From Oscillospiraceae bacterium (lineage in GTDB: Bacteria; Bacillota; Clostridia; Oscillospirales; CAG-272): DNA of 64,000 bases. The position numbers and the translations under genes were made by a program. The notes beneath the pieces were generated by a model. It searched no databases. It worked only from the letters and a program-made list of their open reading frames with translations, and was not told where the DNA came from. The first letter of the stretch is position 1. Each line of letters begins with the position of its first letter. Below, piece after piece: positions 35,555 through 44,093 of this stretch. Location of the stretch: positions 4,349 to 68,348 of the forward strand of contig SVQX01000005.1 of NCBI GenBank assembly GCA_015065065.1. Reading direction: 5' to 3'.

Positions 35555-36088
35555 TTATTCCTCTGTGTATAATTCGTCGTAATACCAACGGATAGGGTTT
35601 TCGTAAATATAATTCAATCGAGTTTCGTAATCCTTTTTATTTCGTATCACGTGTTCAATAAAAGATTTTTGCCAAATAGGTTTACCAACCTTTTTTGTGA
35701 TCGCTCCTTTGAACTGCTTCACCATTCGTTCCACCGTAGGGGCGACCTGTGGTCGCCCGTATTCATCGGCAGAAATAATAACCATTATATGCAGGTGATT
35801 CGGCATAATCACGTAAGAATACAATGTTACCGCAGGATACGCTTGATTCCAAACTTCCAATTCGTCTAAGATAGTCTTGCCGATATTGGATAACGGCAGA
35901 TTTTGCGGGCGAACACAGTTCGCCCCTACGGAACACCATTTGAATGTCTGCGGATCAATCGACCCGTTCCAAAAGTAATTCTTTCTGTCTTCCGTACAGA
36001 TGGTTACAAAATATGCACCGGGAGAACTATAATCATAATTTTTGAGCCGTATATCTTTTCTTTTCGGCAATTCTTTTTCTTTATCCAT
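35555..36088 (-). CDS. Y1 HUH transposase-like protein (IS200/IS605 TnpA / REP-associated RAYT-like)
   Basis: MDKEKELPKRKDIRLKNYDYSSPGAYFVTICTEDR..., HUH motif YVIMPNHLHIMV, C-terminal Tyr region RLNYIYENPIRW. Confidence 0.75.
   Translation of the reverse strand: MDKEKELPKRKDIRLKNYDYSSPGAYFVTICTEDRKNYFWNGSIDPQTFKWCSVGANCVRPQNLPLSNIGKTILDELEVWNQAYPAVTLYSYVIMPNHLHIMVIISADEYGRPQVAPTVERMVKQFKGAITKKVGKPIWQKSFIEHVIRNKKDYETRLNYIYENPIRWYYDELYTEE
35736..35760 (+). repeat. REP-like hairpin (copy b, diverged) inside the transposase-like CDS
   Basis: GTAGGGGCGACCTGTGGTCGCCCGT, which encodes YGRPQVAPT on the coding strand. Confidence 0.7.
35904..35929 (-). repeat. REP-like hairpin (copy c) inside the transposase-like CDS
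   Basis: The reverse complement is 26/26 identical to copy a. It encodes SVGANCVRPQ. Confidence 0.85.
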
Positions 36089-36239
36089 TTGCATCACCCA
36101 CACCATTATAACACAAATCGGCAGAGAAAACAAGTTCTCTGCCGAAGTTTTTGTGCTGCTAATTCTCCGCTAAGAATGCAGAGAGAAGCGAGGCTTTTTG
36201 TTAAATAATAAATAAGAAATAATAAAGAATAATTGAGGT

Positions 36240-36314
36240 AGCTTTTCGCTGACGGCGAAAAGCTTTATTTTTTAATTAAAAATGCAGATAACCGCGCTCG
36301 TCGGCGCGGTTATC
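36240..36314. terminator. Back-to-back terminator pair
   Basis: AGCTTTTCGC-tgacg-GCGAAAAGCT plus TTATTTTTT gives plus-sense termination. GATAACCGCGC-tcgtcg-GCGCGGTTATC followed on the minus strand by CTGCATTTTT terminates the Fe-ADH gene. Confidence 0.7.
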
Positions 36315-36350
36315 ATCCAAAATTATTCTTTATTATTTATTCTTTCTTCT

Positions 36351-37496
36351 TTACCAGATCTTACGGTATATCTCCATAACCTCTTCCTTGGTAGGTGTAC
36401 GGGGATTGGTTGCGGTGCAGGCGTCCTCAAGCGCGGCTTCTGCCATTCTTTCAATATGGGATTCGTATTCCTCCCACGTAATATTGACAGCCTCGGACAC
36501 GCGCGCGGGAATATGCATTTCCGCCGCCATAAAATGAATATAGCTGATAAGCGAGCGGACAGTAGTGACCTTATTGATATTATTTACGCCCAGCGTTCTC
36601 GCCATATTACAGTATCTCAACACGCAAGGCGGATAATTGTCCTGCGAGCGGCTGGTAAGGCTGATTCCGCTGTTAAACTCAATGATATGCGGCAGAAGTA
36701 TCGAATTCGCTCTGCCGTGAGGAATATGGAAATTCGCGCCGAGCTGGTGCGCCATACCGTGGTTGAGTCCAAGGGATGCAGAGTTAAAGGCAAGTCCCGC
36801 AAGGCAAGCGGCGATATGCATTTTTCTGCGAGCGTGGGTATCGTTGCAATCGCTGTATGAGCGGATGAGAAACTGTCCCGATATCTCCACTGCCTTCTCG
36901 GCAAGAGCCGCGGAAAACTCGTTATTATTGATACTCACGTAAGCCTCAATAGCGTGGGTAAGCACGTCCATTCCCGTATCGGCTGTAATAGACGCAGGCA
37001 CGCTCTTTACAAGCTCCTCGTCAAGTATTGCCTCGTCGGGGATAAGATCCTCGCTTGCAAGCGGATATTTGCGCTCTGCTGCGGGATCGGTAATAACCGC
37101 AAAGCGTGTGACCTCGCTTCCCGTGCCGCTGGTGGTGGGTATAGCGATAAGTGACGGGCGGTAAGCAGGCTCTATCTGAGTTGCAAACTTGCGCACTGCC
37201 TTTGCCATGTCGATAGCCGAGCCGCCTCCGATAGCCACGATACACGGCGGGCGGGTCTTCAGCACCTCGGTAACGCCGCCGATCACCTTATCAATAGGCG
37301 GATCGGGCACGACGTCGGTATAGATAGTATATTCGATCTTGGCGCTGTCAAGGCGCGACGTAGCAAGCGCTATAAGTCCGCTGGTGACCACAAATGGGTC
37401 AGCAATGACAATAACGCGGTCATATTCCAGCTGTGCAAGTCTTTCAAGTGCTCTTTCGCCGAAAAATATTTCTGTATTGACGTGGAAATTTTTCAT
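36351..37496 (-). CDS. Iron-containing alcohol dehydrogenase (EutG/PduQ-like)
   Basis: 381 aa with GGGSAIDMAKAV and HGMAHQLGANFHIPHGRAN metal-binding motifs. Confidence 0.88.
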   Translation of the reverse strand: MKNFHVNTEIFFGERALERLAQLEYDRVIVIADPFVVTSGLIALATSRLDSAKIEYTIYTDVVPDPPIDKVIGGVTEVLKTRPPCIVAIGGGSAIDMAKAVRKFATQIEPAYRPSLIAIPTTSGTGSEVTRFAVITDPAAERKYPLASEDLIPDEAILDEELVKSVPASITADTGMDVLTHAIEAYVSINNNEFSAALAEKAVEISGQFLIRSYSDCNDTHARRKMHIAACLAGLAFNSASLGLNHGMAHQLGANFHIPHGRANSILLPHIIEFNSGISLTSRSQDNYPPCVLRYCNMARTLGVNNINKVTTVRSLISYIHFMAAEMHIPARVSEAVNITWEEYESHIERMAEAALEDACTATNPRTPTKEEVMEIYRKIW

Positions 37497-37536
37497 TTTG
37501 GTCTATCCTCCGTCGGGTAGGTTGTTTGCTTTTTAA

Positions 37537-37565
37537 ATTTTAACACAAAATTGCTTTTTTGTCAA
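37537..37565 (-). promoter_or_regulatory. Sigma-A-type promoter of the Fe-ADH gene
   Basis: On the minus strand TTGACA (37565-37560), 17 nt, TAAAAT (37542-37537). Confidence 0.5.
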
Positions 37566-37599
37566 TAGTGTTTGCGAGAATTTCGGATTGCTCGTGTGT

Positions 37600-38331
37600 T
37601 TATTTTGCCGACACACAGGCATACGAGTCGTCTATAGCCGCAAGCTCATCCACCGAGTCAATCTCGGTAATCTGTCCCGCTTTGACGGGATGCACGGTCA
37701 GGCGGAGAGCGTCGAGGTGCATATTGACGACGTCGTCCCAAAAAAGCTGTGCGCTTTCCTCCTTCGCGTACTCCTCGGTAACGTAATCGGCTATTTTCTG
37801 TGCCTCCTCTTGCTTGAAGTAGGACACACCGACCATATTATAGGCATTGTCGCCGTATTTGCCGACACGGCTGATATAACCTTCCCTATCAAGGTCAAAT
37901 ACCCAGTCGTCCGAATGTCCCTTGACCATTTTGCCGAAGTAGCAGGACTCGCCGTCAAAGCTGTCCTTATCGAATATAGAAGGGTCTGAAAGATAGAGGT
38001 CTGCCTCACAGACGAAGCAATCGCCCTTACCCATAACGCCTCTTGCAGCATAGATAGAGGAGATATTATTTTTTGTCATATAGTCGTTGTTCTGGATAAA
38101 TTCTACGTTGTCATACTTATCGGAGAGGTACGCAAACTGCTCCCCCTTATAGCCGACTACGACGTAAATTTTGGACACTCCGCGGCGCAGAAGTCCGCCT
38201 ATGACCGTTTCGATCATGGGAGTACCGTGTACCCTTATGAGGGGCTTAGGGGTAGTATTCGTCAACGGCAGCATACGGGTTCCGAGTCCCGCCGCCATAA
38301 GCACTGCAATTTCGCTGTTCATTTTAGTCAT
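37600..38331 (-). CDS. LicC-type cytidylyltransferase (phosphocholine/phosphonate-type nucleotidyltransferase)
   Basis: AVLMAAGLGTRMLPLTNTTPKPLI, ...LFWDDVV..., ...ITEIDSVDEL are collinear with the remembered S. pneumoniae LicC motifs (LYWDNMV, IYEIDSVQDY). The start could be 38331 or 38322. Confidence 0.8.
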   Translation of the reverse strand: MTKMNSEIAVLMAAGLGTRMLPLTNTTPKPLIRVHGTPMIETVIGGLLRRGVSKIYVVVGYKGEQFAYLSDKYDNVEFIQNNDYMTKNNISSIYAARGVMGKGDCFVCEADLYLSDPSIFDKDSFDGESCYFGKMVKGHSDDWVFDLDREGYISRVGKYGDNAYNMVGVSYFKQEEAQKIADYVTEEYAKEESAQLFWDDVVNMHLDALRLTVHPVKAGQITEIDSVDELAAIDDSYACVSAK

Positions 38332-38353
38332 TTTTCCTTTGGTTATATGTATT

Positions 38354-41300
38354 TTATTTTTCGTCAGACAGATGCAGCTTGCCATCCGAGGACAGCGCGC
38401 CGATACGGTATTCGCAGGCATCAAGGGCAACTGTTTCACGCAAGGATGCCACAAATTTATTCATTACTCCCCTGCCGCCGCGTATTTCCACGCGACCGTC
38501 GGGCAGAATTATAAGAGTAGCCTCCGGCATAGCAGTCACAGACACGCCAAGGGGAATATCCGACACGTTGCATTGGGAAAGTCCGTTGTCGCCCGTGGCT
38601 ACGACGCTACCGTCTGCCTTGAGTCCCACGGTATGGTTCTCTCCGCAGGATAGCATAACTATATTGCGCCACCACTGCGTATCGCACTGACCAAAGCTGT
38701 TATCGCCCACGCAGACCACTCTGCCGTCACGCAACAGCACTGCCGTATGGTGAGTACCGCAAGCCACCTCAGCGGCGTTTCTTATTCGGTTAAGATCGCA
38801 CTGCCCGAAGTTGTTGTCGCCCACTCCGAACACACGCCCGTCACTTCTTACCGCCGCGACGAAATTACCGCCCGCAGACAGGCTGACGTAGTGAAGCTGA
38901 CTGTCATTAAGCGTATAGGCTGCATCCAGCTCGTCGTCCCCGCCGCTATCCTGCGGCAGGCTGATATCCACGCTGTAAAGCAGGAAATTCAGCTCGTCCG
39001 CTATGGAACGCGAGGTATTATTGCCGTCCGTGGATGCTACGGCATCCTTACCCGACGAGCATACCTTACCGCTCGCCGTAAGTCCCACGCTGAAATACAA
39101 TCCGCAAGACAGAGAGGCTATATCCTCCCAACCGCGTGCGTCACACTGCCCTGCTACGTTGGAACCGTAGGCGCGCACGTGACCGTCGTGGCGAAGCTTG
39201 AGTGCATGGGTCAGTCCCACGGCGATCCTCCGTCTTGTCATTTTTGCAACATTCAAGACATCAACCATTCCCGAAGCCTTGCCGACACGGTTCATAATAC
39301 CGTTCTCGGCACGAGGTGTGAATACACGCATAGTTTCTATACGCGACAATTCCTTTTTACTGCCAAGTCTATGATAATACAAATATCCGTCCGCACCGAG
39401 CAGCACAAGATTTGCACCGAAGCAGAACACCGCACGCCAAGCGACTCCGATATTAGTATTGCAATCGCAATATCCAGCCACACTGAGATGACCGTCGGCA
39501 CTCAGACCATAGGTTACACCGCTGTGCAGGGCAAGCATTATAATGTTTTTCCATTCGGAGGTATTACATTCTCCGCGCTCGTTGCATCCGATAGCCTCAA
39601 CGCGGCCGTCGGCACGCAATGCGGCAGTATGTCTGCCCGAGGTCTTGACGGCTATAACGTTATGCCAAAATCCCGTGCGGCACTGACCGAAGTTATTGCC
39701 GCCCACAGCCAGCACGTCGCCGTCGCTCTTGATGCCGAGAGTAATATCGGCAGTACATTCAATGCTTTCAACGTCACTCCACCTCTGCGTATGGCAAGGA
39801 TTCCAGACGGGAGCGTGAGCCACCGAGCGAGCCTTTATTGCGATCTCGCGATTTTTTGAGCCGACCGCAATAACCTCGCCGCTCTCCGTAAGTCCCGCCG
39901 TATGCGCCGAGCCTGCGCCAAGAGCTTTTATGCCCGTCAGAACGGACACGTCACACTGACCGAACTTATTACTTCCCATAGCTCTGACAGTGCCGTCCTC
40001 CAGCAATACTGCGGTATGTCTGTCACCTGCACAGATGTCAACAGCCTTGACAAGTCCAATTGAATTATACCACGGCGGAAGCACCATAGCGGGATTGAGC
40101 TGTGAATCAAAGGATTCGCGCAAGCGCACGTCGCCGTTTTCGTAAAGCACCGCACTGTGCGCCTTGCCCGCAACTACCTTTATCGGTCGTTTACCCGTCA
40201 CCGGCTCTGTAATGGTCACGCCGCCCGAGAATGAGTATGAGCGCACGTTTCCCTCGTCGTCCGCCACGGTAACGTGGTCCTCACCGCCCGCGATCAAGCT
40301 CGTATATCTATTTGAATCGTAAATAAGATTTTCGTGTGCCGTTCCCTTTACCCCGCCGTGTGCTGTGTCAGCGCTGTCAGCCTCGGCGGTATTTTCATCA
40401 CTTGCAAATATTTCCTGCTCGCTTGCGCGACTCTTATAATAGCCGACACCCTTATCGTACTGGGATATGTTGCTGAACATTGTGAACGCGGACACCGCGC
40501 ACTGACCGTCGCCGTCAAGTCCGAGGGCAAACATCTGTCCTCCCTTATCAATGGCGAGGGTATGCTCGGGAGCACACGTTATCGCCACTATATCCGACAG
40601 CATATCGGTATTACAGCGAAGGTAATTGACTCCCTGCCGCTCGCCGCGCACAAGATTTGGAGAATCAAACATTCGGCTTGCCTGCTCTGCGCTTATACGT
40701 TGCGCGCCCGCAGAATAGACCTTTCCGTCGGCACAAAGTCCCACAAGCGACGTGCGTCCTGCTGATATGTGCACGATGTTACTCCAATTTTGAGTATCAC
40801 ACTGACCGAATGTATTTTCACCCACAGCAAGCACTCTGCCGCCGTAGCAAAGTCCCGCCGTAAAGCCGTTACCTGCGGCTATGGACTTGACACCCTGCCA
40901 ATCGGCAGTACTGCAAGCAAATCGGCTCATATACGAAGCGTTACCCGCGGTGACCACCGTACCGTCGGCACGCAATGCGGCGATATGGCTATCGGTGGGG
41001 ACTATATGAACTATATCTTTCCATTCCCCACTTTCAAGCACGTCCTTGGCGCAAGGAAGTCCGCGTCCCGCAGATATCACACTGCCGTCGGAGCGCAGTC
41101 CGAGAGTATAGGTATCCGTTCCGAAAATATGCTTGATACCGCTCCACGAGCTCACGTCGCCCTGATTATTGTAATTCTGTCCCGTGAACAGCACTCTGCC
41201 GTCCGAGGAGAGGGCAAGTGAGTGATATTTACCCGCAAGTATCTCAACTATACAGCGCCATTCGGACACGGCAGTACAGCCCTCTACATTGTTTCCGGAC

Positions 41301-42460
41301 GCACTGACCGTTCCATCCGAATGAAGGGCAAGGATATGTGCGTTGCCACAGCTTATAGTGGTAACGTCCGACCATGATTTGACGTCCTTGAAGCTACCCG
41401 TGGTATAAACTCTGCCCATGGCGGAGATACCCACGCTTATTCGTTCACTGCAAGCCATACGGCGGGAAAATCTCTCTGCCTCGCACTCGCGCTTTTTATA
41501 TTCAAGCTCGCGCTGACGGCGACGGCGGCGTGCCGCTTGCATATTTGCGCACAGCTCTGTAAAGTCGTCAAACAGCGGCTTTTGGTGACGTGTATCGCAC
41601 TGACCGAAGTGATTGTCTCCAACGGTCAATATCTGTCCCGTGCTGTTGACGGCGGCGGAGTGGTCGCCGGACATAGACACGGCAACGAACTCCTCAGCCT
41701 TATTTGACAGCATTTTTTCAAGGTCGCCGTTTCCGTAGACGTTGACGGTTCCGCCAAGCGTTATTCCAGCGTAAGCTCCGTCGGCAACCGAAAGATACAC
41801 AAGGTTCTTCCACTTCTTCACCTCGGGAGGAAGCAAGGAATTCGACACCACCGTTCCGTCTGCGCGGATACCGTATATCCGCTCGCCTGAAACGTCAGCA
41901 AATAGTCCCGCAATCTTATTCCAATGAGAAAATCTCGCTCGCATAGCGCGACTGCTACCCGCATACAAAACCCTTCCGTTTTGCATAAGCCCCAGAGTAA
42001 AATTCTTTCCGCAGACAACGTCGCACACGTCCTCCCACTCGGAGGTATCACACTGACCGTGGCTGTTATCTCCCGCACATACCACACGTCCGTTCTGTAT
42101 GATAGCCGCAGAATGGTAGCGTCCTGCAGACACACTGCGCGCGCAGGAAAAGCGGCTTATCTGAAGCTGTCCGTGAGAGTCGTAGCCTGCCGCGCGGACA
42201 GTTCCGTCGGACAAAAGTCCAAGCACGTACTCATGGGCGACGGATATACTGATAACGTCCGTCCATCCGGTACATTCCTCCTGCCCCCATCTGTTCTCGC
42301 CCGCGTAGAATATTTTGCCGTTTTCGTATCGGGCAACGGTATATCCGTTTGAGCAGCCTATTATTCCCTTGCGCGACAGCACTCTCTCCTGCAAGAGCCC
42401 TATTCTGTCGTCTGCGGCGGCACTTATACTACCGCTCGCTTGCTTCTTGATGATAGTCAT
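38354..42460 (-). CDS. Giant cytoplasmic RCC1/BLIP-II-repeat protein (~25-28 blades, 1368 aa)
   Basis: Start MTIIKKQ after GAGGTG. No signal peptide or TM. Recurrent G(D/E/N)N.(F/H)GQC(D).. (W) blades such as GDNSHGQCDTSEW, GENTFGQCDTQNW and GDNSFGQCDTQWW. Two non-repeat linkers are present. Confidence 0.85.
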   Translation of the reverse strand: MTIIKKQASGSISAAADDRIGLLQERVLSRKGIIGCSNGYTVARYENGKIFYAGENRWGQEECTGWTDVISISVAHEYVLGLLSDGTVRAAGYDSHGQLQISRFSCARSVSAGRYHSAAIIQNGRVVCAGDNSHGQCDTSEWEDVCDVVCGKNFTLGLMQNGRVLYAGSSRAMRARFSHWNKIAGLFADVSGERIYGIRADGTVVSNSLLPPEVKKWKNLVYLSVADGAYAGITLGGTVNVYGNGDLEKMLSNKAEEFVAVSMSGDHSAAVNSTGQILTVGDNHFGQCDTRHQKPLFDDFTELCANMQAARRRRRQRELEYKKRECEAERFSRRMACSERISVGISAMGRVYTTGSFKDVKSWSDVTTISCGNAHILALHSDGTVSASGNNVEGCTAVSEWRCIVEILAGKYHSLALSSDGRVLFTGQNYNNQGDVSSWSGIKHIFGTDTYTLGLRSDGSVISAGRGLPCAKDVLESGEWKDIVHIVPTDSHIAALRADGTVVTAGNASYMSRFACSTADWQGVKSIAAGNGFTAGLCYGGRVLAVGENTFGQCDTQNWSNIVHISAGRTSLVGLCADGKVYSAGAQRISAEQASRMFDSPNLVRGERQGVNYLRCNTDMLSDIVAITCAPEHTLAIDKGGQMFALGLDGDGQCAVSAFTMFSNISQYDKGVGYYKSRASEQEIFASDENTAEADSADTAHGGVKGTAHENLIYDSNRYTSLIAGGEDHVTVADDEGNVRSYSFSGGVTITEPVTGKRPIKVVAGKAHSAVLYENGDVRLRESFDSQLNPAMVLPPWYNSIGLVKAVDICAGDRHTAVLLEDGTVRAMGSNKFGQCDVSVLTGIKALGAGSAHTAGLTESGEVIAVGSKNREIAIKARSVAHAPVWNPCHTQRWSDVESIECTADITLGIKSDGDVLAVGGNNFGQCRTGFWHNVIAVKTSGRHTAALRADGRVEAIGCNERGECNTSEWKNIIMLALHSGVTYGLSADGHLSVAGYCDCNTNIGVAWRAVFCFGANLVLLGADGYLYYHRLGSKKELSRIETMRVFTPRAENGIMNRVGKASGMVDVLNVAKMTRRRIAVGLTHALKLRHDGHVRAYGSNVAGQCDARGWEDIASLSCGLYFSVGLTASGKVCSSGKDAVASTDGNNTSRSIADELNFLLYSVDISLPQDSGGDDELDAAYTLNDSQLHYVSLSAGGNFVAAVRSDGRVFGVGDNNFGQCDLNRIRNAAEVACGTHHTAVLLRDGRVVCVGDNSFGQCDTQWWRNIVMLSCGENHTVGLKADGSVVATGDNGLSQCNVSDIPLGVSVTAMPEATLIILPDGRVEIRGGRGVMNKFVASLRETVALDACEYRIGALSSDGKLHLSDEK

Positions 42461-42486
42461 ACCTCTCACCTCTTTTCAAAGGACGT

Positions 42487-43236
42487 TTACTCCTTGATCT
42501 TCGGCGCATACGCCTTGATAGCCTTTATGTCCTCGGCAGAAAACTCAAAATCCTTTCTGCCGTATTTTTCCTCTGTAATGTAATCGTAAACGCACAGCGT
42601 ACCGTAAGAATCCTTGTCGTAGTTGATGTCCTTGTTGTAGTAGATATCCACATAGACTGCAAGCACTCGGTTGGGAGATGCGTTCATATCCACACCGTCA
42701 AAGACCAGTTTGCGATAATTGTATACGTTCTTTTTGTCACTCTCGGACGAGGTGGGATAGTAGCGCACAAGCTCAACGCTTCCCTCCTCACTTTTCAGGT
42801 TGTCCGAGGTATCCTCGGGTGTCAGGTCGTAGGCTACCACAAGGCTGACGTCATACAGCTCCTCGTCACGTGATGGCATTTCACTGAGCCCGTAGTCCTC
42901 CTTGAGGTGTTTTATGGTGCTATTGTTGTATCTGAACGTGACCTGAACCTGCTCTGCTTCCTCTATAAACAGTGCGCGCGTGACGCTGAAATAGCCGTAG
43001 TTTTTATTGACAACGCTTGTTGTTTCCTCAAGCTCCAGCCAATACATAGTTAAGTCCTCGCCATGCTCGCCGTAAGCCTCGCAAAGCTTATCGTTGATCT
43101 GCAGGCGATTCATGCTCTCGGGGTCTCCCGACGAGAATATGCGCCACAAAAGTATTCCGATGGTACCGAATATCAGCACAAGGCAGATCGCTTTTAAGAC
43201 GTATCCGACTATTCTTATTCCCCTGCTCTTATACAC
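42487..43236 (-). CDS. Membrane-anchored protein of unknown function
   Basis: GTG start with GAGGAGG RBS lying inside the ruvX 3' end. One N-terminal TM (IVGYVLKAICLVLIFGTIGILLW), then a ~210-aa acidic domain with no recognised family. Confidence 0.65.
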   Translation of the reverse strand: MYKSRGIRIVGYVLKAICLVLIFGTIGILLWRIFSSGDPESMNRLQINDKLCEAYGEHGEDLTMYWLELEETTSVVNKNYGYFSVTRALFIEEAEQVQVTFRYNNSTIKHLKEDYGLSEMPSRDEELYDVSLVVAYDLTPEDTSDNLKSEEGSVELVRYYPTSSESDKKNVYNYRKLVFDGVDMNASPNRVLAVYVDIYYNKDINYDKDSYGTLCVYDYITEEKYGRKDFEFSAEDIKAIKAYAPKIKE

Positions 43237-43239
43237 TTG

Positions 43240-43713
43240 TCAAGCCTCCTCGCCGTGCGCCGCAGCCATAAATTTCAGCTTATCCAGCGCGTTCTGCAAT
43301 ATTATCTGCGCCGACAAGGTATCTATCACTCCCTTGCGGCGGCTGCCTCGCGTATCCGTTTCGTTAAGGTATCGGGATGCCGCCATGGTAGTCATACGCT
43401 CGTCCATCATGCAGACGGCAATATTACTGTCACCAAGCGCCTCGGAAAGCAGGCGTGCGAACTTTTCCGCGTGTGCGGTGCGTGGTCCGTGCGAGCCGTC
43501 CATATTGACGGGCAGACCTACCACAATGCCAACTACTCCTCTTTCGCGGGCGATCTCTGCCACCGCCTCGGCAGTTCTTTGCATACCGCCGACGGATATC
43601 TGCGTGATACCGGATGCCACGGTACGCCGCTCGTCCGAAATAGCGAGTCCCGTTCTTTTATCTCCGAAATCCACACCGAGAAGCTTACCTCTCGCGTTTA
43701 ACAATCTTTCCAT
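43240..43713 (-). CDS. ruvX: Holliday-junction resolvase-like nuclease RuvX/YqgF
   Basis: GKLLGVDFGDKRTGLAISDE... is the typical YqgF N-terminus. Confidence 0.88.
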   Translation of the reverse strand: MERLLNARGKLLGVDFGDKRTGLAISDERRTVASGITQISVGGMQRTAEAVAEIARERGVVGIVVGLPVNMDGSHGPRTAHAEKFARLLSEALGDSNIAVCMMDERMTTMAASRYLNETDTRGSRRKGVIDTLSAQIILQNALDKLKFMAAAHGEEA

Positions 43714-43727
43714 AACGACCTCTTGAA

Positions 43728-44093
43728 TTACTTTCTCACCGAGCGTTTTTTAGGCTCGGGCTTACCGCAGGCGGTAAGCTTTATTATCAGCGAAATATCG
43801 TCCGTCTGCTGACCGTCGCGCAGTGCGGCACGGTTTCGGTGTATTTCACCGCAACGGGTACACTGATAGATTATAACGTAGCCCTTTTTACTGTCGGGCT
43901 CTGCGGATATGGGCTTCATAGCTCCGCGGCAGGGGTTTGCCCTGTCCCCCGGATTTATATCCACATGAAGCGACCACAAACAAAACGGACAATGGTCGCG
44001 GGAGGTATATCCAAGCGGCAGTACGGTATTTTTGCAGTTTTCGCATACAAAACCGTCGTCGTTCTTGGAAAATCTTTTGTTTTCAAGCTCCAT
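43728..44093 (-). CDS. RNHCP-domain zinc-ribbon protein
   Basis: FVCENCKNTV...SRDHCPFCLWSLHVDINPGDRANPCRGAMKP. Confidence 0.75.
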   Translation of the reverse strand: MELENKRFSKNDDGFVCENCKNTVLPLGYTSRDHCPFCLWSLHVDINPGDRANPCRGAMKPISAEPDSKKGYVIIYQCTRCGEIHRNRAALRDGQQTDDISLIIKLTACGKPEPKKRSVRK

